The notes under the pieces: model-generated
The model's database searches: none
Told to the model about the DNA's origin: nothing
Seen by the model: the letters and a program-made list of their open reading frames with translations, nothing else
Program-made: the position numbers and the translations under genes
IMG/VR virus record: IMGVR_UViG_3300020020_000001
Coordinates: 1 to 64,000 of that record
Reading direction: 5' to 3' (one strand)
Length of the DNA: 64,000 nt
Origin: a virus
Shown: positions 43,253 to 51,439 of the stretch, piece after piece
Layout: every line of letters starts with the position of its first letter
How positions within the stretch are numbered: the first letter of the stretch is position 1

Positions 43253-43839
43253 TTAACGGATCGTGCATGAATTAGTACACGTACTAGTAGAACTATATCA
43301 CTTGGTATGCCACCAACTTGCGCTATGGCAATCACTATTTTATGCCAGGAATTTGGTTTTTGGTCATTGAGCCAACCAGTGAATGTAGCAGGTGTTATAC
43401 CTAAAAACCTAACTATGTCATATGAACCTAGCCAGTGTCGATTTGGCCGCCGTTGGTTGCATCTGCGAATCTCAACTACTCTTCCATAAAGAATTGAGTC
43501 CGCAAAGAATTCATAAATTTCAATCTCTACTAGTTTAGGCAATAGAAGAAGTAGTCGACGATTCTGTCGAACAGCAGCGCCATTATCCATAAACATTGTA
43601 CCCATTGGAATACTTGATCGTCTTAGCTTGTCATTGATAATCCAAACCTTGTTAGACCAATGGCAAGGTGTAAGTAAGGTGGTGGCGTACGTATCAGTAG
43701 TCCAACCACCTTCGTTTTGTACTCTTATTTCTGTAACTCGCCAACGATAATCATGCTGTAGAACCGTAATGGAAATCCCTTTTACGTTTGGTCGTTCCAA
43801 CATTACATCGGTGTGGAGTTTATATTTTGCGTTATCCAT
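43243..43839 (-). CDS. Hypothetical protein with C-terminal HTH
   Basis: SYDIVRFLGITPATFTGWLN. Confidence 0.5.
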   Translation of the reverse strand: MDNAKYKLHTDVMLERPNVKGISITVLQHDYRWRVTEIRVQNEGGWTTDTYATTLLTPCHWSNKVWIINDKLRRSSIPMGTMFMDNGAAVRQNRRLLLLLPKLVEIEIYEFFADSILYGRVVEIRRCNQRRPNRHWLGSYDIVRFLGITPATFTGWLNDQKPNSWHKIVIAIAQVGGIPSDIVLLVRVLIHARSVKPT

Positions 43840-43874
43840 TGTATGCTCATCACTATTAGTTATGTGGTATCACG

Positions 43875-44340
43875 TACGCATGGTAGGATTCGAACCTACA
43901 ATCACTAGGACTTTCTTCCTGCTTTGCCGGCACATCTTTTAGAACAGAATGGGCCGCGACCTTTATATAAAAGTTGGTTAGTTTTATATCTTTTGTATTC
44001 ACGATAGAAATTCGAACCACAAATTGGGCATATGAAGTTCTTCCATGAAGTAGGACGCTTTGATTTACTAAGATTTTCGTCTTGAGTTAAAATTTGTAAG
44101 TTATCAATTCTGTTGTCACGGAAATCTTCATTTCTATGGTCAACATGTTCCCAAGACTCAAGCTTGCGACCCAAATGTTGTTCCATAAGATAACGTGGAT
44201 ACGATTGTGTACGACCGACCCCATTCTCGTAATGAATTACGAAAAATCTTCCAGGCTTGGAACCCGATTCATAAGGTCCATATACAGCAATCATATTTAT
44301 ATCCTAGATCCTAGCGGCTTTGCCATTAGCCCACATGCGC
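43875..44340 (-). tRNA. Split tRNA (Leu-like; anticodon reads CTA or TAG) interrupted in the anticodon loop by an HNH gene
   Basis: 5' half 44340-44303 (GCGCATG, D-arm GGCT/AGCC, CTAGG) and 3' half 43910-43875 (CCTAG, GTAGGTTCGAATCCTAC, CATGCGT-A) pair with each other. Confidence 0.8.
43905..44294 (-). CDS. HNH endonuclease with C-terminal Zn finger
   Basis: RYLME..LGR.L, HVDHRNED..DNRIDNLQIL, CPICG...FCSKRC. Confidence 0.88.
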   Translation of the reverse strand: MIAVYGPYESGSKPGRFFVIHYENGVGRTQSYPRYLMEQHLGRKLESWEHVDHRNEDFRDNRIDNLQILTQDENLSKSKRPTSWKNFICPICGSNFYREYKRYKTNQLLYKGRGPFCSKRCAGKAGRKS

Positions 44341-44605
44341 ATATTCAGTTGTTGAGATTTGGACTTTGGAATGTATAGTTGTACCTGTGGGCTAGAATAA
44401 GCAAGCCCACACCATTACTAGCCAACACGGTAGCTATGTAAATATATGTTAATGTAAACAACATTACTTGTTCCTTATTGCAGAAACAAATTCGTAGCCA
44501 ATCCAGATCGGAATGGCAAACCCACAGGACAAGATTGATGCAAGTAAGAAGCCTGCCCTGATCTGTGACTTCGTGTTGTACTTAATCTGTACTATGTTGT
44601 TCATG

Positions 44606-44677
44606 AGCCCCGTGTAAGAATCGAACTCACAATTCCTTATTACAAGTAAGGTGTTATGACCATTTAACTAACAGGGC
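44606..44677 (-). tRNA. tRNA-Thr(TGT)
   Basis: Cloverleaf. Confidence 0.85.
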
Positions 44678-45359
44678 ATATTTAGTTATGTTAGGTTGCC
44701 ATCCTCACGCAACTTACTTACTCGCTCGAAGATGTCTTCCAGTAATGCAGTTGGATCAACACCTGTAGCTCTACCAAGCAAAGCCATTAGCTCTGTGATA
44801 ATAGCAGCGGCACCATCAGTACCAAACAAGAACATTACCTCTGCGTGATCTTGTGTTCTATTGATTCTACCACTCAATGCCATAGCAATTACTGAGCTGT
44901 CGCTTCCTTCAAAATCTAAAGTAGATACAACACACTCTTTTAGCAAGATCGCATTTCTAGTATCTAGGACTACACCAGCTTGGTCATGTGGTCCACCTGG
45001 ACCTATGATTTTGCCGCCTAAATTACGAGGATCAGCCGTCCTCTTAATTTTACGTCGATTACTCATCATCCTGTCCAACTCTTAGTTCATCCTCAGGATC
45101 TTCACCTATTGCCTCGCAGATCTTAGTCCAGATAGGCTCAAGACACAAACGACATAAATCCTTACGAACTCTAGAGTTGACACATAAGTCGACATTCAAT
45201 AGAATGATTAGTTCTTGCGCATATAGATCTTCATTGCCGTCTGGTGGTTCATCAGGATCAACAATCTTACCACAGACATCACATTTTATCGTAGTCGTGT
45301 ATGTTGTGATGATGGTTGCAGGTGCAACCTCGTTGACTACTACGGTTTCTCTTGACATG

Positions 45360-45434
45360 TACTGGTGGAGGGAATCGAACCCACTATCACTAAGTTATAA
45401 GCTTAGCTGCAAGACCAAAGTAGCATTCACCAGC
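45360..45434 (-). tRNA. tRNA-Ile(TAT)
   Basis: CTAAG-CT TAT AA-CTTAG anticodon arm, T-arm. Confidence 0.8.
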
Positions 45435-45848
45435 ATATTTAGTTATAACAACTTGAGAATTTCCTCTTTAAAGTACTGGCCGATCTCCTCCGCGCTCACG
45501 ATGCCCTGCTCAACGCAGGATTCGAGGTCCAGAGGTAGCGGTCTGCCGGCCCCTGGTGCACGCTGGTCGACGAAATCGTGCGCGAGCTGCGCCACTGCGG
45601 TCAGGATTAATTCCTTTTTGAAATTATAGTCAACGCTACTCAACTGTTATCACAACTCGATCAGTTTCTGGGTCATACCGCACGGAATCGATCTTCCAGT
45701 ACGTGTCACCAACCTGGACAAATACCTCTTTTAGAGCTGCACCTGTAGTCCTTTTGAGTGCACGCTCTAGGTCAGCTTTCCTCATATAACGAGTCCAATC
45801 AAAACAATTGCTGTTATTATGATTATGAATAATGATACAAATTTCACG

Positions 45849-45919
45849 CTCAGGTACCTAGATTCGAACTAAGACTCCCGCATCCAAGGTGCAGTGGGCT
45901 ACCATTACCCCATACCTGA
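45849..45919 (-). tRNA. tRNA-Gln(TTG)
   Basis: Cloverleaf; C at position 33. Confidence 0.8.
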
Positions 45920-45920
45920 T

Positions 45921-45999
45921 TGGTAGATCGGGTGGGATTTGAACCCACGATTTTGACGAATTAAAAGTTCGTTCCAATTGACCGCTCTGGCACCGATCT
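45921..45999 (-). tRNA. tRNA-Lys(TTT)
   Basis: Cloverleaf with CCA. Confidence 0.85.
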
Positions 46000-46876
46000 G
46001 TATTTAGTTATGATGGCCAATTATCTAGATAACTACTACCGAAGTTGGGATCATAGGTGTACTCGTATGCGAGGTCAAGATCTGCTTTTACTGGAAGACT
46101 TCTCCCTCGTGGTGCACTGCCATATACCTTACGCCCACAGAGGCAGCACTTACCATGAACGTCAGTGGATTTGTGCTCGCCACTGATGTCCTCTTTGCAT
46201 GCACCATTACGATTCAGGCGCGCCTCGTGCTCCTCACGTAGACGCGCCCGGACCATTAGTTCTTCAAAGCTAATCATTCGCTGTCCCAGAGTGCCTGATG
46301 CCTGTGGGGAAAGGTTTGGAAATCACCATCTTCAAGGTCTTTACGAGACATCTTCATCATAGTTCTTAGTTGGCTACGGAGTGTCGTTCGTGCATGACCA
46401 TTAGCTTCTTTACGGTATACCTGTTCGTGCCTACCACGAGCCCAGATGTGCTGGTTACCAAGATCATTTGCCCAATAACAACAGCCACGTCCAGACCAAG
46501 TGTAGCATTCTACAACGTTAGCTTGCATGTCGCAGATGCCGCGCTCGTGGTTGTGGTTCTCTTCTCTCCACTGTGGGTTTTGCATGAGCTTAACCCAGTA
46601 TGGTTTTGTTTTGTCCGTGTTGGACATGATGCCTTTCCACGCCCTGGTCTCTCCAGGTCGTTACCTATGCATCATGTCGACCTCCCAAAAAGCTTAGCGT
46701 AAGTTGATGATGTAATCATCATAACCATGGTTAACCAAATGCAGAATGTTACTAACCTTGCACCTGGATTGACTGAGAAAAGCATAGAGATGAGGACATC
46801 AATCCACATCACTATGACCAAAATCCATAGCAACATCCGCATGATTGGATGATCTATGAATTCTCTCATAGATCAT

Positions 46877-46948
46877 CTATTTTGGCTTTGGAGGATTAGC
46901 TGGTGGTACTGGAATGATTGGCCGTGGTGGTGTAGGCGTATTAGCCAT
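46877..46948 (-). CDS. Pro-rich micropeptide MANTPTPPRPIIPVPPANPPKPK
   Basis: AAGGAG RBS, ATG...TAG. Confidence 0.6.
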   Translation of the reverse strand: MANTPTPPRPIIPVPPANPPKPK

Positions 46949-46958
46949 TTTGTTCTCC

Positions 46959-47039
46959 TTAAATGAATTTCGGTCCTGGTGCTGACCTTGGCTTCGGCTT
47001 GGGCGGTGGAGGTGGCGGAGTCGACGGTCTGTTAGGCAT
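46959..47039 (-). CDS. Pro-rich micropeptide MPNRPSTPPPPPPKPKPRSAPGPKFI
   Basis: Start overlaps the end of the upstream micro-ORF by 8 nt. Confidence 0.6.
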   Translation of the reverse strand: MPNRPSTPPPPPPKPKPRSAPGPKFI

Positions 47040-47100
47040 TTGGTTTTGGTCTTGGTGGTGGTGGCGGAGGTGGTGGAGGAGGCTGTATAGGTCTAGGCAC
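47032..47100 (-). CDS. Pro-rich micropeptide MPRPIQPPPPPPPPPPRPKPNA
   Basis: AGGAG RBS, GTG start, 10 consecutive Pro using mixed codons. Confidence 0.6.
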   Translation of the reverse strand: MPRPIQPPPPPPPPPPRPKPNA

Positions 47101-47319
47101 TTCTTCTCCTATATGGAAATGGACCGAAATATGTACTAATCTTGTGGAAGAAATCCGGCATTCGCTTGACCAGGTTGCGCCATGGTAGGCTGATGACCAA
47201 CAACAATTTGCCTTCTAGTCATCTCTTTGGATACTTGCTCAAGTTGTCCATGCGCACGTTGCATGCGCTTTCTGACTGACTTCATTTTGTTGATGTAAGA
47301 TTCACCAGCTTCTTGTACT

Positions 47320-47820
47320 TCATTCCGAAGCTGTTCCATTTGCCATACAAGTTGGTTGTATTGGTTTATGATATCTTCGTTGGCCATTGACGCTCCTAGT
47401 AGTGATATTACATCTAAAGCAGGATACAACTAGATTGCTTATATCATTATTTAACTTATCAAAGTTAAGATGATCTGATAATATACCATGTATGCCACCC
47501 CATGTAAGAGTTACACCACACCAATTGCATTCATGTTCACAATCAATGGATTCACAACCAAGTGAATTCCATAAAACCAATCTATGTTCTCTAACAACTC
47601 CATTTTGTGGACTAGCTAATGGATGATTCCACATACCACTAAGTGATACATAACCATCTGCTATGTATCTTCTTATCGGTTCTTGTGTTGGTTCTGGAAC
47701 CTTTCTTCCTCTACGTTTAAGAGATTTATCACTAGTCCAGTAATCTTTACTTTGAACATACTTGCGAGCAATGCCTTCTAAATCCACGTTTAATGTCGCA
47801 CGGATATACGAAATATTCAT
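47320..47820 (-). CDS. HNH endonuclease
   Basis: EHRLV, CNWCG, DHLNFDKLNNDISNLVVSCFRCN; AT-rich. Confidence 0.8.
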   Translation of the reverse strand: MNISYIRATLNVDLEGIARKYVQSKDYWTSDKSLKRRGRKVPEPTQEPIRRYIADGYVSLSGMWNHPLASPQNGVVREHRLVLWNSLGCESIDCEHECNWCGVTLTWGGIHGILSDHLNFDKLNNDISNLVVSCFRCNITTRSVNGQRRYHKPIQPTCMANGTASE

Positions 47821-47879
47821 TATTGCACTGCTCACGAGCACATAATACAATAGGCATGGTGTTCCTTTGTTGTACTGAG

Positions 47880-47950
47880 CTCCCTCACCTGGAATCGGAC
47901 CAAGATCATGCGATTAACAGTCGCAGGTTTTGCCATTAAACTATGAGGGA
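47880..47950 (-). tRNA. tRNA-Asn(GTT)
   Basis: Cloverleaf. Confidence 0.85.
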
Positions 47951-48409
47951 TTGCCCTACCGATTGGGCGACATGGGATTGATACTATTCAATTGTAGGCC
48001 AAACAAGTTTTAGATATTCAACTATTTTCTTACGTCCATATTCCCAAGTTCCAACGTATGAATTTGATAACCAATATTTATGCCATTCATCATCGTCTAA
48101 TAGAATTTCCATAAGACGTTCAAATCTTTCGTTTTCGTTCATGCTTGTTAGACCTCGCTTGGCTTTATTAAGTTGTAGCAGTCCTCACAGTTGAAGAACA
48201 GATCATTCTCAGGATCACGAGCCTGATCCATAGTTATAGCTCTATCACCATAGACAGCATGTCCACACATGGATTGTAAGTTACTAGCATCAGGATCTAG
48301 TACATGTGTCGTTGGCTCTATTACTTCTGTCAACTGTGGCTCCAATTGTCCTGGAGTTTCCCATTCATACGCTTCACGCCAAGCGGGGTTACTAACAAGC
48401 ATGTTGATA

Positions 48410-48535
48410 TTAACGTGGTCTAGTTGGCTTAACTGGATGTGGTGGATCCTGGCGAGTTGGCTTAATTGGTTTACCAGGAACAGGCATTGGACGTGGTTCT
48501 GGTCTAGGATTTGATGGGTTGGGTCGATGTGCCAT
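48410..48535 (-). CDS. Pro/Arg-rich micropeptide MAHRPNPSNPRPEPRPMPVPGKPIKPTRQDPPHPVKPTRPR
   Basis: TAATG translational coupling to the upstream micro-ORF. Confidence 0.62.
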   Translation of the reverse strand: MAHRPNPSNPRPEPRPMPVPGKPIKPTRQDPPHPVKPTRPR

Positions 48536-48636
48536 TAACGTGGCCTATTTGGTGGTACTGGGTGTGGAGCTGGTCTTGGCTGTGGAGGTAATGGCCTAGG
48601 TTGTGGTCTCATGGGTGGATTTACTGGATGTGGCAT
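48535..48636 (-). CDS. Pro/Arg-rich micropeptide MPHPVNPPMRPQPRPLPPQPRPAPHPVPPNRPR
   Basis: Starts 4 nt after the upstream stop; ends RPR-TAA like its neighbour. Confidence 0.62.
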   Translation of the reverse strand: MPHPVNPPMRPQPRPLPPQPRPAPHPVPPNRPR

Positions 48637-48640
48637 TCTG

Positions 48641-48920
48641 TTACCCTTTGTTTATTGGTGGCGCATTAATCGTTATGACATGATGTACTAAGGCTTCATC
48701 TTTCTTATGTTTGTTGTAACCTTTCCAAAGGGAATATGAAAATATAGTTATGTATGTTAGAGCGGACGCTACGAATCCATACTGATGTGTAACGAATCCA
48801 TAGATGAACCACAGAATGTGGCCAGCAATATTGTAGTAGGCACCAACTCTTGGATGTCTAATGTAAAACCAGAATCCAAACGCACCGTTGGCGAATAATA
48901 ACCAACTCCACCAACTATTG
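48641..48920 (-). CDS. Small PnuC-like membrane protein (start uncertain)
   Basis: WSWLL...GAFG.W, LWFIYG....QYGF..SA; the track start overlaps tRNA-Ala. Confidence 0.5.
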
Positions 48921-48926
48921 TACACG

Positions 48927-48999
48927 TGGACCCACTCGGATTCGAACCGAGAACCTTCACCTTGCAAAGGTGTTGCTCTACCATTGGAGCTATAGGCCC
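48927..48999 (-). tRNA. tRNA-Ala(TGC)
   Basis: Cloverleaf with G3:U70. Confidence 0.9.
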
Positions 49000-49182
49000 T
49001 AGAGAGTGAGAAGATCCAGCCGTTCGTTGGTTCATGCCGTTGGCGCCAAAGGCATGGGCCAAGTACTTGTGAATTCTCTTCTCACTCTGCTTCATAGCTA
49101 TCCGATTTCTCGGATCTTACTTTCGCCAGACCTAATGCTCAAATAAAGGTATGAGTAGTATCTGACTTCTGTGATCACAGCG

Positions 49183-49252
49183 TGGGCATGGATGGAGTCG
49201 AACCACCAGGCTACTGATTTACAGTCAGCGCCGCTACCGTTGCATCACACCC
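49183..49252 (-). tRNA. tRNA-Tyr(GTA), short variable arm
   Basis: CT-GTA-AA loop, T-arm, reduced D-arm. Confidence 0.75.
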
Positions 49253-49408
49253 ATATTCAGTTAGTTTTCCCAAGGCATATATGGCTCATTCATCCAGGCT
49301 TTTTCTGCCTGTTCTGCACGATATTTGAGCCAAGCACGAACATTTCGCCAGTTTTCTTTTGATGTGTGTAGTTTAGCCTTTAAGTGAAATGCTTGTAGTC
49401 TATTCACG

Positions 49409-49480
49409 TCGGGCAGGAGAGAATCGAACTCTCTACTTCTGGTACCCAAAACCAGCACTCTACCAATGAGCTACAACCCG
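49409..49480 (-). tRNA. tRNA-Pro(TGG)
   Basis: Cloverleaf. Confidence 0.9.
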
Positions 49481-49484
49481 TATA

Positions 49485-49619
49485 ACTGGTTTCCGCGAGA
49501 CGAGAGAGCCAGTATCTCGTTGACAAACCCTAACTAAGACATTACCTGCGGAGGTAGTAGTCAGAGTACTCACGTCTATGGTGCTGGTTTCTTGTGGTCC
49601 GAGAGAGCCAGCATCTCGG
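49485..49619 (-). ncRNA. Two tandem 36-37-nt H-type pseudoknot repeats
   Basis: ACGAGA-T-ACTGG-CTC-TCTCGT...CCAGT and CCGAGA-T-GCTGG-CTC-TCTCGG...CCAGC, with compensatory changes in both stems. Confidence 0.6.
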
Positions 49620-49670
49620 CGCGAATCCGGATACTATGGTCCGTGGGTACCATAGTATACCTCAACCACG

Positions 49671-49744
49671 TTGGGCACCTGAGAGTCGAACTCAGATCTA
49701 CTATCTCATCAGGATAGTGCTCGAACCTATTGAGCTAGCGCCCA
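49671..49744 (-). tRNA. tRNA-Ile(GAT)
   Basis: Cloverleaf. Confidence 0.85.
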
Positions 49745-49873
49745 TTGAAGATAGCACCAAACTGGAATAGTATCACTATAATAGCAGCACAAACCAGTGT
49801 GATACTTAATGCTATATAGATTTCTTTGTCTACATCTTGGTGTTTGTGCCACCATTCTTTGATTCTTTTCACG

Positions 49874-49946
49874 TACAGTCAACGGGATTTGAACCCGTAC
49901 CATCCGCTTTGAAAGAGCGGGGACCTGCCTATTAGTCTATGACTGC
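49874..49946 (-). tRNA. tRNA-Glu(TTC)
   Basis: Cloverleaf. Confidence 0.88.
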
Positions 49947-50333
49947 TTGCCCTGGTGCTGTACTAAGTTTCACTGCCTTGTTAAGTACTATGGGTCTACA
50001 TACCCAGTTCCCATATCAGGTCTACACTTCGTACGAGCGGCATGTATGTGCTGTTACCAGGGTGTTTCCTAGCCCGTTGTGCACTACGGACTAGGCACAT
50101 CTCTTCTGTGTTCCAAATTATCATACAAAACTGAGCGTTTGGCGAATAAGTGCGCACGCTCATTTACTTTTGCACCAACAATGGATATTTTGTCTTTACC
50201 AACAAATGCATTATCTCTTAGTCTTTGAATGAACGCTTCTAAGTCTTCTAGTAAAACTAGATCTTCGGAGGCGTTCAATGCGAACTCGATGTAATGCACT
50301 TCTTTTTTGGTGATGTGATGTATGTCCATTGCC

Positions 50334-50960
50334 TCAGCCAAGCAACGCTGTGTCAAGGACAGTGTATGATCCACGAGAGATCCACACGTAGCCCGTCTTG
50401 CCACTCTTGTCGTCAAGCTTAAACATTGTACTCTTGTCGACATCTGTCGCGTAGCCAGTCACACCACTAGCAGCAAAGGCAAGGATCGGATTGTTGTTCT
50501 GGTCGCAGACCTGAGCAACACGAGCCGTGCCAACGAAAATGTTCTTCACATCACGCCACAGGAAGTTGACTAGTGGAATGCTTCGGTTGTTATTCTTGAC
50601 ACGTAGATCAGCAAACTGCTGTGAGTTAGCCATGAGATTATCCTTGGCTTCATCTGTCATGTAGACCGAGGTGAAACCCACAGTTGAAAACAAGTTGTTG
50701 CCGCAGTTTACCTTAACAACTGACGAGTCTTCGATTTTCTCACCGGCTGCGTTGTGTCGGTCGTACTCAGTGTCACGAGTGAAGGCTAGACTAGCACACC
50801 GTGCCTCGAACACAACCTGTCCATCTGCACCATAGTTAGTGAAGGTGCCAGGAGTTGCGCCAAGGACGCGCATGATGTCGTCGATCTTCTTTTCACAGGC
50901 CGAAGCACTAGTGAATACCAGACCAATGATAAGAATAGCACTAACAACGATCTTCTTCAC
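50334..50960 (-). CDS. Lipoprotein (DUF5052-like)
   Basis: Signal peptide with lipobox-like ASAC. Confidence 0.6.
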   Translation of the reverse strand: MKKIVVSAILIIGLVFTSASACEKKIDDIMRVLGATPGTFTNYGADGQVVFEARCASLAFTRDTEYDRHNAAGEKIEDSSVVKVNCGNNLFSTVGFTSVYMTDEAKDNLMANSQQFADLRVKNNNRSIPLVNFLWRDVKNIFVGTARVAQVCDQNNNPILAFAASGVTGYATDVDKSTMFKLDDKSGKTGYVWISRGSYTVLDTALLG

Positions 50961-51167
50961 GTATTTGTCCTTATTTGAGAACTAGCCTGATTTCCAATTT
51001 CGGAAAGAATTCTTTCTAATTCGTTTGATTCTTCTTTTAGTTTCAGTTTTAGTTCAGCGTCTGATTCTTCGACAGACATAAGTTCGGTTTCGTTTATCGC
51101 TAGACACAAACCATCGACTAGCTTATTATAGTCTTCTTCCAGAAGCTGTATGAATACAGTTAACATG

Positions 51168-51240
51168 TGCTCCTAGAGAGATTCGAACTCTCACTAATCG
51201 GGACTTAAATCCGATGCCTCTGCCATTGGGCTACAGGAGC
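51168..51240 (-). tRNA. tRNA-Leu(TAA), short variable arm
   Basis: TT-TAA-GT loop, Leu-type D-loop, A73. Confidence 0.8.
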
Positions 51241-51439
51241 TTAGGTGCCACACCCTAGAGGCTGGTCTCTATGTGTGGCTGCAAGAGGTCATCCTTGCGA
51301 CAAAATGTAGTAACCCGAAGGAGAGGTAGGACAACTGGATAGGCAGCCCAACCCTTACTACATAGTGCCCGTCATTACGCAGCTTTCGCTGGCCAGCTTG
51401 CCTGTGGGCATTGCGTAAGAGGCAGCTACCCAGTGGTCA

